NCBI GenBank assembly: GCA_964605795.1
Contig: CAZSDZ010000010.1
Span: 1,372-65,371 of the forward strand
Length of the DNA stretch: 64,000 nucleotides
Reading direction: 5' to 3'
DNA from: an uncultured Methanoregulaceae archaeon
GTDB lineage: Archaea > Halobacteriota > Methanomicrobia > Methanomicrobiales > Methanospirillaceae
The notes beneath the pieces were generated by a model. It searched no databases. It was not told the DNA's origin and saw only the letters and a list, made by a program, of their open reading frames with translations. Every line of letters starts with the position of its first letter. The first letter of the stretch is position 1. A program made the translations under genes and the position numbers. Positions 30,668-39,901 of the stretch are shown here, in pieces.

Positions 30668-31396
30668 ATGCGTTCCCGATTACAGGATATTCTTATCCAG
30701 CAGGTAAACCGGTCGTTACAGAAGAAAGACTATGTTGGTTGTACCAGGAAACTGGATAAGATTATCAGGACTGATCCCGGAAATGTCCCTATCTTAAATC
30801 TGCTTGGTATCTGTCACGGATTACAGGGGAATCATGAGCAGGCACGTGATTGTTATCAACAGATCGTTGAGATACAACCTGATGTTGCCCTGCATTACAA
30901 CAACCTGGGACTCTCTTATCAGAACCTGGGACAATACGATGCCGCAGTACGTCTGTTTGACAAAGCGTTATCCCTTGACCCATATCTTTTTGAAGCACGG
31001 TATAACAGGGCAAATACCTATCTTTGTATCGGAAGAGTTACCGACGCTATTGATGAGTACCAGCAGATACTTGACCAGAACAAAGATCATCCTCTCACAC
31101 TGCTTAATCTGGGGAATGCATATGGAATTCTCGGTCTTCATACCGATGCGATCGCATCATACCAGAAAGCATTGCATGTAAAGCCAGGATATACTGATGC
31201 GGCCTATAATATCGGTCATTCGTATGAACTGATGGAACAGTACGAGGATGCCCTGGAATGGTATGAAAAGACCCTGGAATTGGATACAGAGTATATCGCA
31301 GCATGGAGACAAAAAGCAAAAATTCATCGCTCTTTCGGTGAGGTATGCAAGGCAGAGGAGGCAGAATCAAACCTTGCATTGTTGTCTGATTCGTGA
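30668..31396 (+). CDS. Cytoplasmic TPR-repeat protein
   Basis: About six tandem TPR units (LG.......A...Y..AL...P....A.YN.G). Starts 2 nt after the preceding stop. Confidence 0.85.
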   Translation: MRSRLQDILIQQVNRSLQKKDYVGCTRKLDKIIRTDPGNVPILNLLGICHGLQGNHEQARDCYQQIVEIQPDVALHYNNLGLSYQNLGQYDAAVRLFDKALSLDPYLFEARYNRANTYLCIGRVTDAIDEYQQILDQNKDHPLTLLNLGNAYGILGLHTDAIASYQKALHVKPGYTDAAYNIGHSYELMEQYEDALEWYEKTLELDTEYIAAWRQKAKIHRSFGEVCKAEEAESNLALLSDS

Positions 31397-31716
31397 CATT
31401 TCCCGCCCGGATATTTCTTTTCACACGCTGTCAATATAGAAATCGGTTCAATCCTGATATCATCTCTTTATGGGGGGGTAACCGGAGCGGAATCAGTGGT
31501 CTGATATGACCCGATTTGGGTTGCCTTATCGTTTGCGATGACCTGATGAAAGGATAGTGGCACTACCGGTTATCCCAGGGGTATAAGCAGGTGCAAATAT
31601 CCGGTATCCCTTTTTTTTAATCCTTTATGAATATTGCATGAAACAGATTGATACAAAAGAAGATCAAACACTACTATTGCGAACCGGTATGAAATACACG
31701 TACGCAGGGATTATCA

Positions 31717-33936
31717 GTGTCTTTGGATAACAGAGAGAACAGTCGTGAGATGAACAGGGGGAATGAGAAGAACAGGGATTCATCCCCTGTTGTTTTTTTC
31801 GATTATCAGAGGATGATCTCACTTCTGTCTGAGAGCGATGATGTATCTGATCTTGATATTCCAGCCGAATGGAAACCTCTCCAGGATAGGATTCATTCTT
31901 TACAGAAAAGAAAGACAGAGCCTGGAAGTGGGTATGATACCGTACCAGATCTCGTGAATCAATGCACGTATCCGCTTGCCATCCAGATTCGTGACGAGAT
32001 CGTTTTTGCAAATCAGGATTTTTTAAAGATCGGTTTAAACGATTCTCGCTCTGTTCCCGGATGGATGATGGAGCGTGATATAAACGGTCGTGAATACCAG
32101 GCATTGGATCATTCTTTTTGGATAATCTCGGTAATCCCTCTGCATGACGGTACATCTCTCTCCCGAATAATTGTCCTTGTCCCACAGGATTGTGTTGCGA
32201 TGGGTGAGGATTCTCTCTTCTCCCTTCTCCCGTATCCTGCTCTTGTGTTAAATAAGGCAGGTTTCATCGCCCGGGTGAATCCTGCGTTCTGTTCGATGTC
32301 AGGGAAGAAGGCTCCGGAACTTCTCTATCATGATCCGGTCTCAGTCGGGTTTCCTGAAAGCATCAGAAACCAGTGTGATATGGTTATCAGAACAAAAACA
32401 CCCTGTACTATCGGGATGCATTATTACTCTGCTTTTGGAACCTCTCACGATCTCAACGTCTACATGGCACCAATGATGGTAGTGCCCGGACAGGTTGACC
32501 GGATTTGTATCCTCATATCTGACGTGGATGCTGCAAAAACCGGTGATTCCGGTATACTACGGGATACCGGTTGCACGGCATTGCGAAACCGTTTTCTTAC
32601 CCTGCGTTCCGGACTCCCTCTTGCAACCGCAGAGATAGATGATGCCGGACTGGTTCGGTCGGTCAACGATCCCTTTGCCATGATATTTGGTGTTGATCCC
32701 GAATCTCTCATCATGCGAAAGATGAATACTCTTATCCCGGATATCATTCCTGAATCTGATCCCAAACAATTATATATTGATAATGCCGGCATTACCCGGG
32801 AGGGTATGGTTTATCTCCCTGGATATCAGGGAATTCTGGAGGTAAAAACCATCCGTATGCCTGATGCAGAAAAAACCGGATGCGGGATGTTTCTCTTTCT
32901 CATCCAGAAGATAAAGAAAGGACAGGTTCCTGCCTTTTTATCTGAATCAGGTCCGGGAAGACTTCCTGATGAAGGGGATGGCACAAGTGATGGGAAGATG
33001 GACTGGCTTATTGAGTTTATTACATCATATCCTGCACCGGCTCTCATCTGCGATACCGCAGGAGTAATCCTCTCAGCAAATCAGATATGGAGCAGGTATA
33101 CCGGGAAAAAACCATCAGAAATTTCGGGCATGCATGTTCATGATATCATTTCCAAGAACACAAAAAAGATATTCCCGGAAAAAAACGGGGCTGCCGGTTC
33201 GTATCCTGATACGGTTGAGATCCATCATGACGAAACGGGTTATGTGTTGCATCAGTTTTGCGTTCCCGTAGATCTCAATGGTAAAAAACTCTACCTGTTT
33301 CTCTTCTCTGATATGACCCGTGAATATGAGGCAATACGATTGAAATCAGATGAGATTGCTGCGTTACAGGCCAGGATAACAGTTCTGAATGAAACAGCCA
33401 GATCCAAAGAATGTACCCGGGATGGTACGATGGAACAGGACGGGGCCGCACCAGGTTCCCATGAGATACTTGCTTTTACCATTCATGAGAGCTGGTTTGC
33501 CATTGATATTGAGATGGTACGGGAGATCATTGAGATGGTCCCGATAACCCCTCTTCCCAATACTCCTCATTATATCTGTGGAGTCATCAATCTCAGGGGA
33601 GAGATCACCACGGTCATTAATCTCTCATCTTTAATCGGATCATCCACAGAAAAAAGAAGGGAGGAACAGAAGATCATTGTGCTTTCTCCAGACAAAACTG
33701 AACGGGTAAATCTAGGACTCATTGTTGATGAGGTTGTCAGTGTGCAGCAGATAGAGAAAAAACAACTTAATATTCTTGGAGATGATATCACTGCACATAC
33801 CAGGACCGGGATCAAGGGGATAATCAGGGTGGAACCGGATGAGAGGCATGGTGAAATTGAGGCAACAGGGCTTACCAAGCTGGTCATCTGGCTGAAGATG
33901 GAGCAGATTATCGATGAGATTCGCCTGCAGGGTTAA
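31717..33936 (+). CDS. Multi-PAS sensor fused to a C-terminal CheW domain
   Basis: Four PAS-like modules (for example PYPALVLNKAGFIARVNPAFCSMSGKK and PAPALICDTAGVILSANQIWSRYTGKK), a coiled-coil linker, and a CheW domain (FAIDIEMVREIIEMVPITPLPNTPHYICGVINLRGEITTVINL). Start is GTG 31717 or ATG 31750. Confidence 0.8.
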   Translation: MSLDNRENSREMNRGNEKNRDSSPVVFFDYQRMISLLSESDDVSDLDIPAEWKPLQDRIHSLQKRKTEPGSGYDTVPDLVNQCTYPLAIQIRDEIVFANQDFLKIGLNDSRSVPGWMMERDINGREYQALDHSFWIISVIPLHDGTSLSRIIVLVPQDCVAMGEDSLFSLLPYPALVLNKAGFIARVNPAFCSMSGKKAPELLYHDPVSVGFPESIRNQCDMVIRTKTPCTIGMHYYSAFGTSHDLNVYMAPMMVVPGQVDRICILISDVDAAKTGDSGILRDTGCTALRNRFLTLRSGLPLATAEIDDAGLVRSVNDPFAMIFGVDPESLIMRKMNTLIPDIIPESDPKQLYIDNAGITREGMVYLPGYQGILEVKTIRMPDAEKTGCGMFLFLIQKIKKGQVPAFLSESGPGRLPDEGDGTSDGKMDWLIEFITSYPAPALICDTAGVILSANQIWSRYTGKKPSEISGMHVHDIISKNTKKIFPEKNGAAGSYPDTVEIHHDETGYVLHQFCVPVDLNGKKLYLFLFSDMTREYEAIRLKSDEIAALQARITVLNETARSKECTRDGTMEQDGAAPGSHEILAFTIHESWFAIDIEMVREIIEMVPITPLPNTPHYICGVINLRGEITTVINLSSLIGSSTEKRREEQKIIVLSPDKTERVNLGLIVDEVVSVQQIEKKQLNILGDDITAHTRTGIKGIIRVEPDERHGEIEATGLTKLVIWLKMEQIIDEIRLQG

Positions 33937-33978
33937 ATGATTTACAGATTTTTCTAACAAGGTTGTGTAACCGATATC

Positions 33979-34836
33979 ATGGATATGAATAATTTATTTC
34001 CCGAATCATCATCTCTTTCAGATAAGATGAAGACTGCCGGTTTTCCTGAACTGGTAAAGGCAATTGAAGGAATGCTGAATATGCAACTTTCAAGTTACAA
34101 AGAAGATTATATCAAGCGCAGGCTTCTATCGCGGATGAACTCCACGCGGACTACCAGTTACCGGGATTATCATCAGTACCTTCTCTCGACTCCTGAAGAG
34201 AAGGAGAAATTAAGAAATGCACTGACCATCAACGTTACCAAATTTTTTCGTGACCTTGGTGTCTTTGACCTGGTCAGGAAAGAGATTTTTCCTGAGATAT
34301 TGAGTAAAAAACAAAACCTTCATCTCTGGAGTGCCGGATGTTCATCTGGAGAAGAACCATACACATATGCGATTATTCTCTATGAATTAAATAAATTGAA
34401 ACGATCCGGGTCTGTGATAACAGCAACCGACATCGATGATACGATATTAAAGAAAGCAAAGGAAGGGATATATGAAAAAACAGCTCTTGAAAATATGCAG
34501 GAAGCACAGATATCCCGTCATTTTACCCTGCTTGAAGATGGCAGGTACTCAATTAAACCTCATATCAGGGAGATGGTCCGGTTTTCACACCATGATCTGA
34601 TGAAAGGCGTTCCTGTCTCACGCTTTAATGATGTTGTCTCATGCAGAAATGTAACCATCTACTTTAATGAAGATCAGAAACGAAACCTGATTCGCCTGAT
34701 TCATGAAGGGCTTGTGGATGGCGGGTATTATATCATGGGAATGTCTGAGTATCTCGCACGGGATATGGATGTATACTTCACCCCGTACCGGCCGATGCTT
34801 AAGGTTTTCAAAAAAGCAGAGAAGAAGTTCTCATAA
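33979..34836 (+). CDS. cheR: Chemotaxis protein methyltransferase CheR
   Basis: TKFFRD motif and SAM-binding WSAGCSSGEEPY motif. Confidence 0.9.
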   Translation: MDMNNLFPESSSLSDKMKTAGFPELVKAIEGMLNMQLSSYKEDYIKRRLLSRMNSTRTTSYRDYHQYLLSTPEEKEKLRNALTINVTKFFRDLGVFDLVRKEIFPEILSKKQNLHLWSAGCSSGEEPYTYAIILYELNKLKRSGSVITATDIDDTILKKAKEGIYEKTALENMQEAQISRHFTLLEDGRYSIKPHIREMVRFSHHDLMKGVPVSRFNDVVSCRNVTIYFNEDQKRNLIRLIHEGLVDGGYYIMGMSEYLARDMDVYFTPYRPMLKVFKKAEKKFS

Positions 34837-34883
34837 TGTTATGAGGTGACCGGAGAATCGAAATTTACGATATCCTTCTGTTG

Positions 34884-35150
34884 TTACCGCCTGAATAACT
34901 TTCTTTTTTTTGTCTCATCAACGGGAATGCCACTGAGTCGTTTTAGTTCCAAATCCCGCTCTTTCTGTTTTTTTATCTCCTGAAGCAGGATCCAGATGTT
35001 AAAACAGATAAGAATTACCACCAGGATTGATACAATCCATGCTGCAATACCGGAAACCCGGGTGTCTGGAAGGCCCCATACCAGGTATAACATCATCACT
35101 ATTGCAATGGTGTAAAATGGCCCCCAGAGCTTCGCATTAAGGTAATTCAT
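34884..35150 (-). CDS. Small membrane protein (2 TM) with a basic coiled tail
   Basis: Two hydrophobic helices followed by QEIKKQKERDLELKR. No family recognised. Confidence 0.55.
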   Translation of the reverse strand: MNYLNAKLWGPFYTIAIVMMLYLVWGLPDTRVSGIAAWIVSILVVILICFNIWILLQEIKKQKERDLELKRLSGIPVDETKKRKLFRR

Positions 35151-35259
35151 GCAGACATCTGACTTTGATGAGGTTCTTTAAATAAGTATCCATGATGGGT
35201 ATGGTCCTTCATGGTTATACCCGCAGAGATCATAAATAAATCACGGTACAATCTTGGTT

Positions 35260-36432
35260 ATGAATATGAGACAATACCGAAACATAGTCCCGCTCATTAT
35301 TGTCTTTTCATTCCTGCTGGCCTTTACAGGATGTGTTGAGACTCCCCCGCAGCAGGGTGATTATGAACCGGGAATCGATCTCATACCAGATTCACTAACC
35401 GGAATTTCCGGAGGGGTGACGGATTCCTCTGGATCCGGCGAAGAGGGTGGAGCTGATGGTTCATCTGGTTCAGAATCTTCTGAAGATGCTCTGCCGGTTC
35501 CGGTTGTTGAGGTTACTCCTAATCCGCACAGCAATGTGCAGTCGCACACCCCTTTATACCAGAATCTTTATACCCAGGAAGTAATAACCCCACAAACCGT
35601 CTTAATCCCGGTATATACAACCGGGGAGAAGGAATATCTCAATTCGGGAATGGCATTCCTGTATACCGTTACCACCCCCCCGGTCTATGTTGTTCTCTCC
35701 TTTAAACCAAAAATGGATACTATAACGAAGGTTTTTGACAAGAGAACCGGAGACAAGGAAGGTACGGTGAGTTTGGATATTACCCGGCCCAGTCCCTATT
35801 CCTGGATGGAGATGACCATCTATGACACTGAGACCGGCAATCCTGTTGCCATCGAAGGGTATGGGAAGATCTATACCGAAGACCTGGAAAAAACCGTGAT
35901 ATTACGGGAGAGTGGGACGTACCAGTTTGATTTCTGGGGTAGTTTTATTAACTCAACAATAACCCTGAAGATACCCCTGGAGAAGGCGACCGAGGAACAA
36001 TACCAGGCAGCTCTGCGTGCTGAATCAAAGGACAGCGGCAAACTGGGATTTGTATACCTTATCCTTCCGGATCTGCCGGGCGGATGGTCACAGACCGGTG
36101 ATTCGGAACATACCGCGACCCTTTATAAATCAACCTTAACCCACCCTGCTTCCGGGTCACGGTTCAACCAGATTATTCAGAAGTTCTCGTCCGAGTCAGA
36201 TGCAGAAAAGGGATACAACACGCTCAAGGATGAGATAGGACACCTGACAATCAGGACACTCTCAATTGGAGAGGACGGGATATCGTACGAGAGTGTCAGG
36301 AAGAACGGAATCCTGTACAAGAAGGGGCTTATGGTTGTTCAGCTTGACAGTTACTCCTATCCCCCTGTCCCAATATCTGAATTAAAGAGATATGCAGAGA
36401 TTATTGAAGGCAGAATCGAGAGTGAGCAGTAG
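35260..36432 (+). CDS. Putative lipoprotein
   Basis: Lipobox-like LLAFTGC after a hydrophobic signal, then a G/S/E-rich linker. No family recognised. Confidence 0.65.
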   Translation: MNMRQYRNIVPLIIVFSFLLAFTGCVETPPQQGDYEPGIDLIPDSLTGISGGVTDSSGSGEEGGADGSSGSESSEDALPVPVVEVTPNPHSNVQSHTPLYQNLYTQEVITPQTVLIPVYTTGEKEYLNSGMAFLYTVTTPPVYVVLSFKPKMDTITKVFDKRTGDKEGTVSLDITRPSPYSWMEMTIYDTETGNPVAIEGYGKIYTEDLEKTVILRESGTYQFDFWGSFINSTITLKIPLEKATEEQYQAALRAESKDSGKLGFVYLILPDLPGGWSQTGDSEHTATLYKSTLTHPASGSRFNQIIQKFSSESDAEKGYNTLKDEIGHLTIRTLSIGEDGISYESVRKNGILYKKGLMVVQLDSYSYPPVPISELKRYAEIIEGRIESEQ

Positions 36433-36448
36433 GATCAGGCAAGGCTTT

Positions 36449-37108
36449 TTACCGCTTTGAACCTGATTTCGATATACTTCCTCTTTTCAGGTCTAAACTG
36501 CTGTTAATATTCGTGAAACTTGATAATTCGGGATCTATTTTTCGTATCTCATCCATCGGAATAAATTTCGTATGGATCTTCTCTACGAGGGTAGAGAGCC
36601 TGGTTATGGATGAATCGCAAAGGATACGGGTTAATGCTTCACGCTGATATACTGCATGCAGCATCTCATAGATGCCGGAATCCTGTACCGGAATGACTGC
36701 TTCATAGGAGGGAATGAACGAGAGAAGATACTCAAACACGTCTCTTTTTATGCAGGGCATATCACAGGCAACCAGAAGAATAACCGGGTACGATGCAGAG
36801 ATGACACCGGCATGCAGTCCTCCGACCGGGCCTGTTCCTGTTCTGATGTCAGGGATACAGCGAACGTGTGGGATATCGCTGAATCGTGTACACTGGCTGC
36901 TATCACGGGTGATAAGCAGTATTTCATTACACAGGGGAGTAAGAATTCGTATCTGTCGGTTGAGGAAGCATTCAGAGTCCCAGGTCAGGAAGTACTTCTC
37001 AGCCCCACAGAACCGTTTCGCCTCTCCACCAACCAGGATAAGGCCGGATATTTGTTTTTTTAAAAGACCGTTCTTGTTTTCCAGAGAGGATTGTCTGGTT
37101 CCCGTCAT
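36449..37108 (-). CDS. mobA: Molybdenum cofactor guanylyltransferase (MobA-like NTP transferase)
   Basis: LILVGGEAKRF..EK N-terminal motif and LVACDMP motif. Confidence 0.8.
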   Translation of the reverse strand: MTGTRQSSLENKNGLLKKQISGLILVGGEAKRFCGAEKYFLTWDSECFLNRQIRILTPLCNEILLITRDSSQCTRFSDIPHVRCIPDIRTGTGPVGGLHAGVISASYPVILLVACDMPCIKRDVFEYLLSFIPSYEAVIPVQDSGIYEMLHAVYQREALTRILCDSSITRLSTLVEKIHTKFIPMDEIRKIDPELSSFTNINSSLDLKRGSISKSGSKR

Positions 37109-37237
37109 TTTCCACCTCCCGGAGCCGGTATGGTATCATTTCCCACAGAGGTCGCGTGCCGATATAAATAACTCTTGTTGTGTTTCCCATCCTTCTCAGT
37201 ATCTGCCCTGATGGTACAATATCGGTTATTCTCTTTT

Positions 37238-37690
37238 TTATTCATCGTTTCTTTTTATCTGTCGAATTCTCTTCTCAAGGGCAAGGAGTTCCTCTTTTAT
37301 CCGAATATCAGGGGAAAATCCACCGATTCCATTCTTCCCAACGACCCGGTGGCAGGGGATAACAAGAGGTGTTGGATTTCGTTTCATGGCAAGGCCGATG
37401 AGACGCGGGCTGGTCTCAAGATCCCTCGCGATGGATCCATATGATGCCGTCTCTCCATACGGAATAGAAACAACCCTCTCATATATATGAGCATATGCGC
37501 CGGAATTGAGAAGGACGTCAGAGATACACCCGCAAATATCTGTTCTTTTTCCGGCAAGAAACAACCGTACCGATAATGGAACAGGGCCTGATGCACCGGT
37601 TTTGCGTGGTTTGAACCTGATATAATAGATGATTTCTCTTTCCCATTCAATTTCGACATCCCAGTACACAAAGGGACAGGATCCAATCAT
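37238..37690 (-). CDS. ogt: Methylated-DNA--protein-cysteine methyltransferase
   Basis: Active-site PCHRVV, with SYGSIA and NP.P..IPCHRVV context. ATG at 37690 overlaps the xpd stop; the longer 173-aa ORF start is judged spurious. Confidence 0.88.
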   Translation of the reverse strand: MIGSCPFVYWDVEIEWEREIIYYIRFKPRKTGASGPVPLSVRLFLAGKRTDICGCISDVLLNSGAYAHIYERVVSIPYGETASYGSIARDLETSPRLIGLAMKRNPTPLVIPCHRVVGKNGIGGFSPDIRIKEELLALEKRIRQIKRNDE

Positions 37691-39708
37691 GCAGACCAGT
37701 CTTGTATCTGTTCTTTCAATGATCCATGCATGGTTACCAGCAGTTCCTCCTGCATCCATAACGGCAGCCGTTGTCTCATTCCATCGGTGAGGTACCGGCT
37801 GTCGCCGAAGATGAGAACACCTTTATCGGTTGGGGTCCTGATGACCCTTCCCAGAGACTGTAGTGCTTTGTTTAAAGCAGGCAACGTGTAGGAGAGAAAT
37901 TCTCCTTCCTCCTGAAATTTCTGCCGGTAATACCCGATGATCATCTGTCTTACCCGGTTATACGGAGCGAGTGGGAGTCCGATAACCATGACTCCTGCAA
38001 GCATCTCCCCGCGGTAGTCAAGACCTTCAGAGAATTTCCCCCCGCAGACTGCAAATAATATGCCATAATATCCTTTTTTTGGAAGAGAGATAAACCGCTG
38101 GAGAGTTTCCCTCGCGAGAGCGGGATCCTTTGGCTCTACGAGGAGTTCTCTTTCGATATCAGGTCCGGCGAGCCTGACGTAGGTCTCGAGTATCTGGTAT
38201 GACGGGAAATATACTGCCAGGTTCCCTGCAATCAGGGAAAAATCAATGATATACTGTCGAATACGTTCGCTGTTCTCTTTTTCCTGGCGTTTAGAAAAGG
38301 CAGTAGTGATATCTGATGCTCCGAGTAAGAGCCGGTTTTCCTTTGGAAATGTGTTGGGAAGTGTCAATGTACTGACAGGATAATGTGGATCTGCAGCTCT
38401 GAAGAAGAGATGCTGGTAACTCTCTACTGGTGAGAGAGTGCCTGATATCAGAACGGCACAATGATGTTGTACAACAAGGTTTGTCAGTGCCAGAGAGGGA
38501 TCGATATTGCGTATCTCAAGGGTAATTCCATCCGTATCCTTTCGGTATACCGGCAGATATTGTGGACTTTTCATGGCAGTGGGGAAGGCTGAAAAAAAAG
38601 TGGTAAGCCGTTCCAGTCCGGTCAACCGGAATTCTCCTGCCTTTATATTCTGTTCTGCGAGAGTTTCTGAAACCTCTATTAAGTCATCGATGACCTCTTC
38701 AATGGTCTCGTAAAAGGATTCACGCAGGATCATCCGTAAAAAAATACCAGGATCAAACCAGTCTTCCGTCTCTGTGGATCGTTTCAGTCCGTTCATGAAG
38801 GTTTTAATCTGGGGGATAAGATGGCGGATGGCATCAAGATTATGATGACGTTTCCGGAGGGTTGCGATGTCACGTTCGGCACCCTCAAGGGTTTTTTCAG
38901 AGAGATCAACGCTTTTAATATTCTGCATACTCTCTCCGCAATTATGTGCCTCATCGATGAGGAGAAGGATCTGATCCGGTTCATACTGGATCGAGGAGTA
39001 CAGGGCTTCCCGTATCTGGTCATCAAAAAGGTGGTAATAATTACAGATGATGACATCAGCCTTCTGGGAGGCCTGCATCATCACTTCATACGGGCATAAA
39101 CCTTTACAGGCATCTTCTAATTCATGGGGGGGTATGGCATGGGTAAGAATGGTGTCTGCCCGGTTTTTTAAGAGAGGCGACGGGCCGATTCTCAGTCCTC
39201 CTCCCTTGTCTGAAGGATAGAAAACTTTACTCCGAATAAAATACGGGCAGATGATTGGATGCTCCGGGTCATTCTGCTGCATCTGCCGCTTTATCATCGG
39301 ATCCTTTAAGGGGTCAACGTGTCCTGATAAGGCACGATCCTTCATGAGTGAGGTGGAAAATGTCTTTACTGCTTCACATTTCCGATATACATCCCCAACT
39401 CCTCCAAGAGGACACATGCTTCCCTTGCCGATGAGGTAGGAAAAAGAGAGTCCTGGTTGTTTCTCTCTTATTAGTGAGAGCTCACGGACAAAGGTGGCAA
39501 GTTGCGAGACGGTCCTGACTGCGATGATGATAAGACGATTATTGCGGTTTGCCAGGAGTGCAGATACAACGCTTGATTTTCCTGATCCTGTCGGTGCATC
39601 AATGAGCAGGGTTCCTCCCTCTTCTGCGACACGCCCTGCAACAGAGAGCATCTCTTCCTGAAACGGACGGTAGGCCGGGTACGGGAACCACTGCAAAATA
39701 TCACTCAT
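37687..39708 (-). CDS. xpd: XPD/Rad3-family (DinG-like) Fe-S DNA helicase
   Basis: Walker A DAPTGSGKS, DEAH-type LLIDEAHN, four Cys of the Fe-S domain (MCP, RKCE, ICPYF, LCPYE), and C-terminal helicase motifs (GK.SEG.D). Confidence 0.9.
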   Translation of the reverse strand: MSDILQWFPYPAYRPFQEEMLSVAGRVAEEGGTLLIDAPTGSGKSSVVSALLANRNNRLIIIAVRTVSQLATFVRELSLIREKQPGLSFSYLIGKGSMCPLGGVGDVYRKCEAVKTFSTSLMKDRALSGHVDPLKDPMIKRQMQQNDPEHPIICPYFIRSKVFYPSDKGGGLRIGPSPLLKNRADTILTHAIPPHELEDACKGLCPYEVMMQASQKADVIICNYYHLFDDQIREALYSSIQYEPDQILLLIDEAHNCGESMQNIKSVDLSEKTLEGAERDIATLRKRHHNLDAIRHLIPQIKTFMNGLKRSTETEDWFDPGIFLRMILRESFYETIEEVIDDLIEVSETLAEQNIKAGEFRLTGLERLTTFFSAFPTAMKSPQYLPVYRKDTDGITLEIRNIDPSLALTNLVVQHHCAVLISGTLSPVESYQHLFFRAADPHYPVSTLTLPNTFPKENRLLLGASDITTAFSKRQEKENSERIRQYIIDFSLIAGNLAVYFPSYQILETYVRLAGPDIERELLVEPKDPALARETLQRFISLPKKGYYGILFAVCGGKFSEGLDYRGEMLAGVMVIGLPLAPYNRVRQMIIGYYRQKFQEEGEFLSYTLPALNKALQSLGRVIRTPTDKGVLIFGDSRYLTDGMRQRLPLWMQEELLVTMHGSLKEQIQDWSA

Positions 39709-39901
39709 CGTTATCTCATTGGATGGGATGACTGATTAGGTATAAGGTTTCTCTCCTACGAGCAGGTTCGTCTCGGCGATACTGTTTCTTTCGGGCAAGA
39801 GCGATACTATTCTGCAGAACAGAATTTCAGAAACTCTGGACCGGCCGGTGAAGTACGAGAGATCAATAACTTACATCTCTCTGTCAGGAGACATGTACAC
39901 A

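Noticed and set aside
31536-31552. GCGATGA...CTGATGA, resembling a fluoride riboswitch core or C/D-box elements.
   Set aside because: No matching pseudoknot or P1 partner for a crcB motif is present, and the downstream gene is not a fluoride transporter. No properly spaced D or D' boxes (CTGA) follow for a C/D sRNA.
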